NCBI RefSeq assembly: GCF_018350175.1
Contig: NC_058369.1
Coordinates: forward strand, 8,494,001-8,558,000
DNA from: Felis catus
Lineage: Eukaryota
Length of the DNA stretch: 64,000 nt
Reading direction: 5' to 3'
Position numbers and translations under genes: made by a program. Of the stretch, positions 12,001-24,000 are shown in pieces (position 1 is the stretch's first letter; each line of letters starts with the position of its first letter). The notes under the pieces were generated by a model that did not search any database, was not told the origin of the DNA, and was given only the letters and a program-made list of their open reading frames with translations.

Positions 12001-13382
12001 CTCAGGATACAAGTTAAAGTCCTCGCCACAATCCACGAGCTGCAAGATCTGCTCCCGCTGTCCCCTTCCTTACTCAGCTCCAGACTGGCCGCCCTCCTCA
12101 GATGATCTATAAATACACTATGCCTGCTCCTGCCTCCGGGCCTTTGCACTCGCTTTCTTGTGTTTGGATTGCATTTCCCCCACGTTTGGGCACGGCCGCC
12201 TCCCTCACCTTCAGATCTCTGCCTCCCTCACCTTCAGATCTTTGCTCCAATGTTCCCTTATCACCCCAGCCTTCCTGACCCACCTCCCAGGTCTAAAATG
12301 GCTCCCATCCTCTTCATCTCCTTTCCCTGCCTCGTCGGTCCCCACAGCGCTTATCATTAACATACAATCTATTTTATTGTGCTACCCCTCCATCTATCCC
12401 ACTGTATCTGCCCCCCAGGGTGGGATCTTTTCTTGTGTCTCCATCACGGCCGGCTCTGGACCCACAGGGTGTCCTTTCACTTGGGCGTGGCCAAGACAGG
12501 TCCCCTGTGGAGAGGACCCCGGGGCAGTCTCTGATCTCTGACTGGCTATGGAGGCAAAGAGGGGGAGCAGCTCTTCAGCCCCAGTCTGACCTCCCCCCTC
12601 GCAGGCTGAGNNNNNNNNNNNNNNNNNNNNNNNNNNNNNNNNNNNNNNNNNNNNNNNNNNNNNNNNNNNNNNNNNNNNNNNNNNNNNNNNNNNNNNNNNN
12701 NNNNNNNNNNNNNNNNNNNNNNNNNNNNNNNNNNNNNNNNNNNNNNNNNNGCCGGTGCTGGGAGAGCCTGAAGCAGGGCTGGGGGCGGGGGGACATCCAC
12801 AGCTGTCCCCCGCTCCCCAGACAGCTGGGCACGGGACGCTGACAGTGGGAGAAGAGCACGGGAAACTTCCCGAGGGGCCTCCAAGGCCTCCAAAGAGCAC
12901 CATCCCCGTTCCCAAACCCCGGCGCCCGGAGCATCCCCACCCCACGCCAGTCGCACGAGGGTGGGTCGCAAAGGTCCCTCCCGCTCCCACGCCCGGGGGC
13001 TCAGAGACCCGGGAAGGTCTAGACGGGGAGGGGCGCGGAGGGCTCCCGTGACACGCTTTCCCTGCGCCGCCTCCTCCAGGAAGGCCCCCCGGACACGCCC
13101 CCACGCGTCCCCCCCGGCTCCCAGGGCGGCCCTCGGCTCAGCCGCCATCGCAGCCGCAGCCCCGCCGCGGCCCCGGAGGGACCCCCGCCGCCCCCCTCCC
13201 GCCGCCCGCCGCCCCCCGCCCCACCCCGTCCCCGGCCGGAGGGAGCGGGTCGGACTCGGCCAAGGCCGAAGGGGCTCGAATGGGGGGGCGCCGGGCCGGG
13301 GAGGGCGGGGCTCGGACACGTGCGGGCGGCCGAGCTACCTGTTGATCTTGTGCGCGAAGGCGCGGCGCTCGGCGGCCGCCAT
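1..13382 (-). CDS. DOCK6: Dedicator of cytokinesis 6 (Rac1/Cdc42 GEF), 5' part: coding exons 1-8 (exon 8 truncated by the window edge)
   Basis: Spliced translation [70 protein letters not shown]...[25 protein letters not shown] matches the DOCK6 N-terminus. All seven introns are GT-AG and the phases chain correctly (44+88+176+69+130+213+86 nt). Confidence 0.97.
1204..1221 (-). promoter_or_regulatory. CTCF-like motif in DOCK6 intron 7
   Basis: GGCCAGAGGGGGCGCTGG on the minus strand; motif match only. Confidence 0.5.
1593..1678 (-). CDS. DOCK6: DOCK6 exon 7 (86 nt)
   Basis: ggcag|GAC; [29 protein letters not shown]; donor gtaagt. Confidence 0.95.
2085..3600 (+). repeat. Degenerate ~45-bp tandem repeat broken by SINE insertions
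   Basis: Recurring tatacagtaggtgcccaataaatgctggytggataaata-like units, e.g. at 2771, 2854, 2899, 3464. Confidence 0.75.
2487..2712 (+). mobile_element. Can-SINE with 16-bp TSD
   Basis: taaataaaggactata at 2471-2486 and 2713-2728. Confidence 0.9.
3657..3869 (-). CDS. DOCK6: DOCK6 exon 6 (213 nt)
   Basis: ggcag|GAT; [40 protein letters not shown]...YPAPDE; donor gtgggt. Confidence 0.95.
5009..5138 (-). CDS. DOCK6: DOCK6 exon 5 (130 nt)
   Basis: cccag|G TAC; [43 protein letters not shown]; donor gtgagg. Confidence 0.95.
5342..5410 (-). CDS. DOCK6: DOCK6 exon 4 (69 nt)
   Basis: tgcag|A AAG; [22 protein letters not shown]; donor gtgggt. Confidence 0.95.
5671..5846 (-). CDS. DOCK6: DOCK6 exon 3 (176 nt)
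   Basis: cccag|GTC; [17 protein letters not shown]...TTEPGTPED; donor gtgcgt. Confidence 0.95.
6406..6493 (-). CDS. DOCK6: DOCK6 exon 2 (88 nt)
   Basis: cgcag|G ACG GTG; [29 protein letters not shown]; donor gtacgt. Confidence 0.95.
12050..12460. mobile_element. LINE2 3' fragment (others near 15800-16490, 18250-18460, 34360-34700)
   Basis: ctcctgcctccgggcctttgcac...; L2-type tails atagtaggtgtccaataag / atttattgagcacctactg. Confidence 0.6.
12611..12750. other. Assembly gap (140 N)
   Basis: N run in DOCK6 intron 1. Confidence 1.
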
Positions 13383-13720
13383 GGCGCCGCGCGCGTCCCG
13401 CCGCCGCCGCCACCGCCGCGCGCACCGTCCCCGCCGCCACCGCCGCCACCGCCGCCGCCGCCGCCGCCTCCCGGTTCTGGGCTGCCCGGGCTGGGCGGGG
13501 CCGGGGCCGGAGGCGGGGCCCTTCCGGGTGTGCCGGGCGGCTCCGTGCTGCCCCTGCCGGCCGGAGGGGCGCCGGGGCCCCAGGCCGCCTCCGCGCCCTG
13601 GGGGCTGAGTTGGGGAAACTGAGGCTCTCAAGGGCGCAGGGAGGGAGAGACGCCGGGACCCAGGCCGGGGGTGTCGGACCCCGGGGGACGCTCTTTCTGC
13701 CCTCGGACTAATCACCAGGC
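12900..13720 (-). promoter_or_regulatory. DOCK6 CpG-island promoter / 5'UTR
   Basis: Very GC- and CpG-rich sequence around the start codon, GC boxes (ggggcgggg near 13512) and GCC-repeat tracts at 13398-13468; boundaries approximate. Confidence 0.85.
13339..13382 (-). CDS. DOCK6: DOCK6 exon 1 coding part (44 nt)
   Basis: ATG at 13382-13380 in good Kozak context (gccATGg); [15 protein letters not shown]; donor gtagct. Confidence 0.95.
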
Positions 13721-13739
13721 TAATCCATAATAAGTATGA

Positions 13740-13860
13740 TTTCGAGCATTTATTGAGCACAGCCCTGCAAGTCACAGGTGCAGGAGGAACTATGGTTTCC
13801 CCATTTTACAGATGGGCAAACTGAGGCACGGAGGTGTTCAGACGCTCGCCCAGGCCGGAG
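13740..13860 (+). mobile_element. MIR element (many more cores, e.g. 231-260, 14340, 15055, 20710, 31360, 45220, 57185)
   Basis: cccattttacagatgggcaaactgaggcac core. Confidence 0.7.
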
Positions 13861-16800
13861 TGATCGCAGGGGTCTCCGAGGCCACTATGGGATGTGCCCT
13901 AGTCCAGGGTGACGGAAGCAGAGGGGTCCAGGGGGGCTCTGAGGGGCCGGGCGATGTGACTGGCGCCCCAGTGAGCCAACCCAGGAGGCTGGCCCGGCCC
14001 GGCTGCTTCTACTGGAAGGAGGATGTGGGGATGTCTTGGTTTACTTGTGGTCTCAAATCTCTCCCCAGAGGTCCCTCTCCCAGCCCCAGTGCAGCAGTCT
14101 TAGAGAATTCTCCAGCCCCCGCTCATCCTCCGGATGTGCCAACCCCTCGCTCGCCGCCACGCCCCCGAGCCTTTGCACTGGCAGGTTCTTCCTCCTGATG
14201 GCCTTTCCAGCCCTGATCAGAAAATGTCCCAGGCAGAACTGGGGGCTGAATAATACGAGAGCACGACTCTACCTTCGGGCTTTTACGTGTGCTGCCCCTC
14301 TTCCCGTGTATGGGTGTCAGCGCTATCCTCACTCTTACGCACGAGGAAACTGAGGCCCAGGGAAGCAGAGGGACTTGCCCTAACTAGGCAAGTGGACCGC
14401 TGTCAGATCCCGAGACCGGAGGAGGGAGGCTTGGATCGTGGGGGAACCCTCATACCCTGCCACTCAGCCCCAAGCTCAAGGGGGCACAGCTGGGCTGCTC
14501 CCAGCCTGGCGTGTGACATGTGTGTCTGTCAGCAGCCCACGCGCTTGCCTGAGTGGTCCGGCCACTTTGACCTGGGAGCTGCCGGGTGTAACCCCGCCCA
14601 GCACTCTCTGCCACGCCCCACCCCGTGTCACCCTCACCCCAACCATCAGCCTCCTGGGCTAAAGTCCCTGCCTCACCTTGGGCTTCTGGGAGCCAGGCTG
14701 GTCAAGAAACATGGAGACGAGCAAAGATTGGTGGATTTCTCCCCCTTTCCAGCCCCGGCCCCCTCATACCTGGTCTCCTGGCTCCTGCCCTCACCCCTCG
14801 AAGTCGGGTCTCCCTTCAGGGTCCAGAAGGAGCCTGGGAACACCAGAGTCAGATCGGGTCCCTCCTCCGCTTAGAATTGTTAAAGTCCTTCCCAAGGCCC
14901 GGGAGAGGCCGTGCGTGCGTGACCCGCCCTTGTCACCTCCCCCACTACAGCTGCCCACCCCCTCAACACCCTCTGAACACTAGAGCACAGCTCCAACTTT
15001 GCACATGCCGTTCCCCTTCCCGCGTAGGGGTGCCATCACCACCCCCTCTCTTACGGATGAGAAAACTGAGGCCCAGAGCAGCAGGGCGACTTGCCCAGTT
15101 TCACCCGGTGAGTCAGCGTCAGATCTGTGATTCCAGATTTGTCACCCAGGGAGCCCGCCCCGGGGAAATGTTTGTTTCTAAATAACCGACAGAGTCCCGG
15201 CCCCGGGCCAGGCTGTGGGACCCAGGGTAAATCTCTCAACCTCTCTGAACCTCCATTTCCTCATCTGCCCCATGAGGGCTTGCGGCCCGGCACAGCATGA
15301 GGCACAGACATCGGGAGCTCAGAGCTCCAGGCCCTTGGGGGAGCTGATGCCACACGGGAGCCGGCGGGGACTATGAACCCAGCGATTCGAAGCCCTGTCT
15401 GGGTCAAGAGGCTGCTTCAAAGACCCTTCCAAGTAAAGGCCATGCCCCCCCCAGCTGTCCGCCTGGAGCCTGCTGCCCCACTGGTGCCTACCAGACCTGA
15501 TTGGCGGGGCAGTTCCTCTCCAGGGTATGCCAGGCCTGACTCAGCCAGGCGGGGCTAGGGTGACCCAGGCAGCTGCTCAAACAGAGGCCAAGCTTGATGG
15601 GGACTTTGGCCTCCTCTGGCTGCAGTGAGCAACAGTCTGTAGGATATGGGGGGAAGCACCTGTGTACCTGGGAGGAGGCACAGCACGGGTCCAGGTGGGA
15701 GACGGCTGGGCTGCGGACAGGTGGTCGAACCTCCGTGCCAGTGAGGGGGCGGAGCTGAAGATGATCTCTCTTCACGCCGATGCCCCCTGCTGTTCCCACC
15801 ACCTAGAATGCTGTTCCACTCACTCCTTGTCCGCTTGACCCCTTCTTCATCCCTTCAGTCTCAGCTTGGACATCTCTGCCTCCTACAGCTGCTTGTGCAT
15901 CCCCAATCACACCGGGTCTAAGTGGCCGGCCATTCGTCTCCAAGAGGTCCCCACCCCCGGGCACATCGCTGGCACGATGTGAATATCTCTTTCTAGCCTC
16001 TTTCTCCTCCATTCCTCTGACGTGCTGCTCAGTGTTTGTTCCAGGACGTCACTGTTTGAGTCCGTGTAGCATTATAGCGTTCTCGCCTCTCTTTCTGTGT
16101 GGGGTGGGAGGCCGCTGCCTGCACACCTCGGCACAGGCCGTACCCCCTTCCGGAACACTGTTTCCCCTACTCTGCACCTGAGCGAACTCCTAACTTCCAT
16201 TCATTCTTAGATCTCATGCTTCTTGGAAGCCTTCCTTGGCCACCTCCCTTCCCTGCCCAAGCTGGCTCAGGGGTTCCTCTGGGACCTCCTGCCTCCAGCC
16301 CCTGGGGTTCCCCCTCACAGCCCCCCGATCACCCTCGGTTGTAACGGCCTGATTCCATGATGGCCGCCTCTCCCACTCATAAGTCAGCTTCATGAGGACA
16401 AGGATTTTTCTCTGCTTGATTCATTGCTGTGTCCCCAACGCCTAGCATGGGGCTGTGCATATAGTAGGTGTCCAATAAGAGAATGAATGAGGCAGAGTGG
16501 TGCAGGGGTCCAGTGGCCAGAGGACCCCGATGCCCCTCTGTCCCCTAGTGTCTACCGTTTCCACCATCAGTGTGGTGGGAGAAGCCAGCCTGATGGCGGG
16601 GGTCAGGGGGAGGATCAATGTCTCAGCTGTCCAACCCGGGTGAGGGGCGCTGGGGGCAGGTAGAAGAAAGCTGAAGTGGGCACCCACTGCCCCCTGGTGC
16701 CCATGACAGGAATAGCAGGATCCGCCAGCTCAGGACATTTGCCCCGCCCATCTACTGCCCATAGGCAGGGCTCGCTCTTTCCACAAGGAAAGGGAATTGG

Positions 16801-17349
16801 GGATCGTAAGCAGGTAAGGCCGGGTGCCGGGAGCGGGATGCGAAGGACATCCGTTCAACAGGCATCTCCTCAGCTCCTGCTGTGTGCAGGCTCCAACTCA
16901 CCCTTGGTGGTGGTTGGGGGGTGGGGGGTGGGGGGTGTCATCACCCCAGGTCATCGATCTGCAGGTGCAGGAAACCGAGGCCGAGAGGAGCAACCACCCA
17001 ACTCAAAGCACACTTCTGAGTTGTAAAACTTGAACTCGGGTCTGTCATGTTGAGGGAAATCTCTCCCCTCGTTCTTTTTTTTTTTTTTTTTTTAATTTTT
17101 TTAACATTTATTTATTTTTGAGACAGAGAGAGAGCGTGAACAGGGGAGGGTCAGAGAAAGAGGGAGACACAGAATCGGAAACAGGCTCCAGGCTCTGAGC
17201 TGTCGGCACAGAGCCCGACGCGGGGCTCGAACCCACGGACCGCGAGATCATGACCTGAGCCGAAGTCGGCCGCTTTACTGACTGAGCCCCCCAGGCGCCC
17301 CTCTCCCCTCGTTCTTCAGATGCATTTTGGCAACCTGGTGAATCAACCT

Positions 17350-17396
17350 GATGAATGAATAAATGAATGAATGAATGAATGAATGAATGAATGAAT
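17350..17396. repeat. (GAAT)n microsatellite (L2-tail type)
   Basis: atgaatgaataaatgaatgaatgaatgaatgaatgaatgaatgaat. Confidence 0.9.
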
Positions 17397-19414
17397 AGGT
17401 ATCCTGAGGTAGGTGGTGGACTGAGAGTAGGAGTGGCCACAGGAGGGACTTGGAATCCAAAGAGACCTGAATTCCAGGCCCCAGCTTAGCCACAGCCGGG
17501 CTGGGTGACCTGGGGCCTCTCTGGCCGTCAGTTTCCTCATCTGTGAAATGGGATGTTACCCCCAGAGCTGACCCTATCGGGCTGTGATGGGGACCCCTGA
17601 AGTGTTGTCGGGAGAGCACAGACCCTGGGAGATCCTGCCCTTGTCAGATTGTTTTTCCTGCAGCTTCCGGAGCTGGGGAAGGAAGCTGGGAGCCGACTCA
17701 GGCGCTCCAGGCCTGCCTTTGGGAGTTATAGTCACAAAGACAAAGGCTGGGCCCAGAGAGGCCAGGGGGGCAGGGCACCGTCTTCCTGTTTTTCTTTGAA
17801 CAGATGGCCCAGCCGCCGGATGCTGGTCTGTCTGGATGCTTGTCCATCATCCCTGGAAATCATTCCTGTCCCTCTCAGTGACACTCTGCCAACTTAGCTC
17901 CCTTTCTGTGTGCCCTTCCTGCACCCCAACCTTCAGGGGGTTTCCGCCAGGGTCCCCAGACACCCAAGGGGTTTGCAAATAGAATTCAGGCGCTTATGAA
18001 CTGGGAGGGAAAAACTCGCATCACGTGTGCTCCCTGGCTGCTAACGATAACGTTCGTGAGAGCTGCCCCCCACCCCCCCGCCGCCTTGCTATTCGAGGTG
18101 TTAAGAAAGGCCCAGATTCCATCACAATTAAAACAGATTATGATACCCATATCCCAATGTCATGGGTTTGTAATGGCTTTCCTTCGCCATCCTGGCTGTT
18201 TGATTTATGAACTTACACACATCCCCTTGTAAGGGCCCGGGGCACAAAAAGGTACCCCTGCAAATAAAGGAAATTTTTCAGCAGGCCCTTTCCCTGCTCA
18301 AAGCCTGCTCTGGCTCCCCATTGCCCCAGAAAGGAGCCATGGTCCCCCCTGTGGCCTACAGACCCCCTCAGCTGCTCCCTAAAGCGTGCCCCTCCCCTTT
18401 CTCACCTCCTTCCTTCCTTCCTTCATTTACTCCGGCAGCATTTACTGAGCGCCTGCTGTATGCCAGGCACAGGGGACTTCTGGAAGGAGGTGATGTCAAT
18501 GCTGGTGTCGGCCAGGCCGAGTTAGGGAGGGAGGGAAATCCAGGCCGAGGGACCAGCAAGGCAAAGACAGAGAAGTAGAAGGTCACCTGGGTAGAGAGAA
18601 GGGGGTGGGTTTTCAAGGCCTCCCAGTGGGAGCCCCGGGCATAGCCCTTCAGGTAGTGGGGAGCCATGGAGGGGCGCAGAGCACTGCAGGGACACCCTGT
18701 GGTTTGTCCCAGAAAGATCCAATTCTCATGTCCATCACTGGCACAGGTGTCTTTAGGTCAATGTCAAAGGGAGGACAAATCGGCCACACGTTTCGAAGTT
18801 ACAAACCTGCGAACGCTTGGATTCGGCTAGTACGTCATTTCTAGCAATCTAGTCTTTACATAGAAAATGATGAGGACAGGAGCGCCCGGGTGGCTCAGTC
18901 GGTTAAGCGTCCAACTCTTGGTATCAGTGTAGGTTATGACCTCGCTGTGGTGAGATTGAGCCCCGCATCTGGCTCGTGTGCTGAGTGCGGAGCCTCCTTG
19001 GGATTCTCTCTCTCCCTCTCTCTGCCCCCCCCCCACTCTCTCTCAAAATAAATAAACATTAAACAATATACTTAAAATTTTTAAAAATAAAAGAAAGCAG
19101 TCGTGTGAAGAAAAAGAGCTTAGACACTCAGATGCTCGGGTTCAAATCCTACACTTTGTCTCTCAATGTCAGCCTTAAAAGCCTTTTTTTTAATTTTTAT
19201 TTTTTAATTTTTAATGCATATTTATTTCTGAGGGAGAGAGAGAGAGAGTGCAAGTGGGGGAGGGGCAGAGAGAGAGGGAGACACAGAATCCTCAGCAGGC
19301 TCCAGGCTCTGAGCTGTCAGCTCAGAGCCCGACGCGGGGCTCGAACCCACGGACTGCGAGATCATGACCTGAGCCAAAGTCAGACGCTTAACCGATTGAG
19401 CCACCCAGGTGCCC

Positions 19415-20250
19415 CAAAGTCTTTTTTTTAATGCTTATTAGAACAACTAAACTAAAAATAACGATACCAAATGCTGACGAGGATGCAGAGAAAGTGGACG
19501 TCTCAGACGCTTCTCGTGGCCATGCAAAATGGTACAGCCATTCTGGAAAAGTTGGTTGGTTCTTAGAACACGAAACACGCAGCCACCCATCTGACCCAAC
19601 CATCCCACGGCCACAGTTTTAAAAATGAAAAGTTATGTTCACATAAAAACCTGCATATAATTGGTTTTTTTAAATTTTTTTTAATGTTTATTTATTTTTG
19701 GAGGAGAGAGAGAGACAGAACATGAGTGGGGGAGGGGCAGAGAGAGAGGGAGACACAGAATCCGAAGCAGGCTCCAGGCTCTGAGCTGTCAGCACAGAGC
19801 CCGACGCGGGGCTCGAACTCCTAAGCTGTGAGATCGTGACCTGAGCTGAAGTTGCACGCTTACTGACTGGGCCACCCGGGCGCCCCTATTATTTGTAAAA
19901 GCTTTATTCATAATCACCAATAGCTGGAAACAACCCAACTGTCCTTCAATGGGTGATGTGAAACCTACTAGCTTCCATGCGTACAATGGAATATTCTTCA
20001 GTAACAGAAAGGAACAAACTATTGATACAGGCCACAAAGCTTTATGCTCAAATGCTTTATGCTGCAGTGAAAGAGGCCAGACTCAAAAGGCTACATATCG
20101 TATGATTCCATTTATAGAACATTCTCAGAAAGACAGAACTCTAGTGTGGGAGCCCAGATCGCAGATCGCAGTGTTGGGCTGGGTCTGGGGCTGGGCTGGG
20201 GGGAGGGGCTGACACTAAGGGACAGAGGGAGGGGGCTTGGGGGGGGGGTT
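19415..20250 (+). mobile_element. Old L1M 3' end fragment interrupted by a SINE (19660-19885)
   Basis: Typical L1 3' sequence (aaatggtacagccattctggaaaag...ggaatattcttcag...tatgattccatttatagaacattc). Confidence 0.75.
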
Positions 20251-21069
20251 GGGGAGTGTTGGAGCCCACCAGGAGGTGAGCCGATGATGACCACCCAGGA
20301 ATCAGGGCCATGGTGGGGACACCCAGGCACTGTGGGAGCCCTGAGGCCACGTTCGACCCAGCCGGAGGGTGTCTGGGGGGAGCGGGCCTCTACGCTGGGG
20401 CTTAAAGCTGTGCTGGAGGCAGGCAGGTGAACAGCCTTCCGGGCAGTGGGAAAAGCATAAATAGAGGCCCAGAGGAGAGGCATTCAGGAAACTGAGGCAC
20501 TTATTCGAAGGGAGTACAGAAGGTGTTTTTCGCTTGTGTTTTATTTTGATTCACCCACTTTTGACATGGAAACTAGAAGCCCGGCAGCGGATGGCAGGGT
20601 GGACCTCGCTACCCCCCCCCCCGCGACCCCCTCCCCCCCTCCCTGGCAGCTCCAGGCCGGTCCTACCTTGTGCTGTGAACCTAGGCTGGCTCCATTCTCT
20701 CACCGGTCCCATTTTACAGATGAGGAAAGCGAGACGTAGAGAAGTAGCCCTTCATCACCCGACGTGACCCTGAGGACAACTTGGGCACGAGATGGGGCCA
20801 ACATCCAGACAGCTTCGTCGGAGAGTTTTCTCAGGAGGCTGCACAGAACAGGAGAGAAATGTCTAAGAATGAACGCCCCCTGGGAATAGCCCTCAGCCGA
20901 TGGGGGTGGTGGACGAGAACCCCAGCTCCCTCACCTGCAGGAGGGGAAGACTAAAGTACGCGTCCTATGCCATCTCCTGGGGATCCCTGGCGGGACTGAG
21001 CCCCTAGTTGCCTGTGACCCTAGACCTGCCCCCCCTTACTGACTGCCTTCCCTTCTCTGTCTCACTTCC

Positions 21070-24000
21070 GTTTACAGACTGAATTATGTCGCCCCAAATT
21101 CCTACACTGAAGCGTATCCCCCAGCAACTCAGAATGGGACTGTATTTGGAGATAGGGTCCTTCAAGAGGTAATTAAGTTAAGGGGCGCCTGGATGGCTCA
21201 GTCGGTGAAGCCTCCGACTTCGGCTCCGGTCATGATCTCTCAGTTCACGAGTTCGAGCCCCGCGTCGGGCTCTGTGCTGACAGCTCAGTCTGGAACCTTC
21301 TTCAGAGTCTGCGTCTCCCTGTCTCTCTCTCTGCCCCTCCCCCACTCATACTCCGTGTGTCTCTCTCTCTTTCTCTCAAAAATAAATAAAAAACTTAAAA
21401 CGTCATTAAGTGAAAACAAGGTCTCCTTAAGACAGAACCATCCCAGGGGCCAGAAGATGCCAACGGGGGGTCTAGAGTCTCGGGCAACTGGGATTAACGG
21501 GCCAGGGCCAGCCAGGCCGAGAGGGGACAGGGTCCCCTGCAGGTGGGTGGGAGCCAGACCTCAGAGCTACAGAAGCCACCGTGTGTGTCTCAAAAACCCA
21601 CGAGGAGAAGCTTCTGATGTGGGAAGGACCACAGGAACCTCCTTTGCGGTTTCGGGCCACAAAGTAAGGTCGTGGCACGTTGCTCCACCACCACAAAGGA
21701 AATGGTTACTAGTTCAGGGCTGGGCCGCGCTGCAGGCTCTAGGCGCCTTGGGAAACCTCCTCCCTCGTTGATCTTTCAGGTATATTCCCGCGACGGACAG
21801 CTGACCTCAGCCGCCTTCCCTCCCGGCTCAGAAGCAAAAACCATTATCTTTTAAAAATACATATTGAGCGGCGCCTGGGTGGCTCAGTCAGTGAAGCGGC
21901 CGACTCTTGGTTTCGGCCCCGGTTGTGATCTCACCGTCTGTGAGTTCGAGCCCCGAGTCGGGCTCTGCGCTGACCGCGCGGGGCCTGCTTGGGATTCGCT
22001 GCCTCTGCCTCTCCCGCACTCTCGCTCTTTCGCTCTCAAAATAAATAAATAAACGTTTTAAAAAAGTAAAAACATAAAAAGAGATGTTGAGATATAACTG
22101 AAGTATAATTCACATACTACACTACGCCCATTTAAATACACAATTTGGGGCACCTGGGTGGCTTCGTTGTTAGGCGCCTGACTTTGGCTCAGGTCATGAT
22201 ATCCCGGTTTATGAGTTCAAGTCCCACATCTGGTGAGCTTGAACCCCGCTTCGGGTAAAAACAGGAGACATCCAGGGGTGCCTGGGTGGCTCAGTCGGTG
22301 AAGCGTCCGACTTCGGCTCAGGTTGTGATCTCGCGGTTCGTGAGTTCGAGCCCCGCGTCGGGCTCTGTGCTGACAGCTCAGAGCCTGGAGCCTGCTTTGG
22401 ATTCTGTGTCTCCCTCTCTCTCTGCCCCTCCGCCGCTCATGCTCTGTGTCTCTCTGTCTCTCAAAAATAAATAAACTGTTTCTATAAGCTTCTAGGTACT
22501 TCATATCGGTGCAACCATAGCACAGCCTACTTTTGTGACGGAAAGTGGCCAGACTAGGCTTTGTTTTGCCTAGAGAAGCCGGCTGCTACATCTGGCCACA
22601 TTAAACACCTAGAAGGCGTCAGGTGATGCCTGGACGATCCTGGGGTGTTAGAAGGGCCGAGGATGAAGGCTCAGAGCCTACCCCTGGCAGACTCCAGAAG
22701 CCAGGCCCGAGAGGAGGAGACCGCAGTGCGGAGATAAGGCCAGACTTCCAAATGGGACGACCGCAGGGGCAGAGTCCCCTTTGGCTCATGGAGGCGTGAG
22801 CACTTCCTGGCCCAAGGAATGAGGGTTCAAGCTAGGGACCACAATACCGGACCAGGCTGCCGTGTCAGGTAGCCAGATCACTGCTGGCCCATGTTCTCAG
22901 AAAGAAGCCAGCTCCGGTATTGTAATCATCTGTTTACACACCTGGGTCCCTCTAGTATCTGAGTTCGTGAAGGCAGGGTTTGTCGTGAAGGCAGCGCCTG
23001 GTTTGTTTTGGTGCAACGGTTGGCATACACCAGGCGCTCAATGGATGCTCGCGTTCCAAAAGTAGGATGAATTAGCGAGTGGCCAGTTGCCACCGATCAC
23101 AGAGAAGGCCTGACTTTGGACTCAGAAGACAGCCCTCGGATCTCAGCAGCGTGGCCTGGAACACGAGGCTTCCCCCCACGGTCCCTCTGGATGGTCAAGC
23201 AAAATGCAGGGGCTCCAAGAAACGGACACGCCAACTCTTTCAGATCTGTTGAGAGAGAACAACAGAAAAACAGTCCGCGTGCAGCCTGCGGAGGAAATTC
23301 CGGGGCTGGGTGGGACTGTTTTCCCTGACCCGTGAGGTCCCGGCTGAGTCTGGGGCCAGGCCGGTTTTTGTCTTCTGCAAATTCTCCCTCACTCCCGTGG
23401 TCACAGAGGAGGTCGCGGTTTCCAACGTCGACACCAGAGGCAGCAAGGAGATGTCCCCGGAGACGGCGAGAGAACTCGTCCAAGAATGCAGAGGTCCTGC
23501 TCCGAGACATCACCTGTCGTTGCAGCCCGGACCCCTGTCCTTCAGCCCCTCCCAGGGTCCCCCTTTACGATCGCAACTTCCCTCCGTTTTCTTAAAAACG
23601 TCTTCCCCCCCGCGTGCCTGAGGAAGACATGCTCCTTACAGACCACTGGAGGACGTTTCCAGAGAAAAACGACCTAAGAACAAAGAAAGTCGTTCAAAAG
23701 CTCACCGACGCGGGGGATTTTGTGGCTTTCATTCGGGTCGTTTTTCTCTACAGAACGGGTATCTGCTCGCCTTTGTCAAAAGTTGGGATTGTTCTGGACG
23801 CACAGCTTTGGAATCCGCTGTGTCCTCCCTGCAGTGCAGCTGAGATAGATAGTTTTTCCACACCATTGAACCTCCGAGGCTCTGACGGATTCCATATTTT
23901 AACACAGGAAAGACGGTATGTCTGTCCTCAGGGGGAAAAGGCAGGACGGGCGCCCTGAAACCACCAAAACATCTATGTGGCGACTGCGACCCTGGGGGGC

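Noticed and set aside
1-13382. ANGPTL8, nested in DOCK6 in human
   Set aside because: No ANGPTL8-like exons are seen; it lies in a more 3' DOCK6 intron, beyond the left edge of the window.
12546-13775. Long overlapping ORFs at the DOCK6 CpG island, including a 131-codon in-frame upstream extension
   Set aside because: Stop-codon scarcity in GC-rich DNA; the extension starts at a GTG inside a MIR, likely upstream of the TSS.
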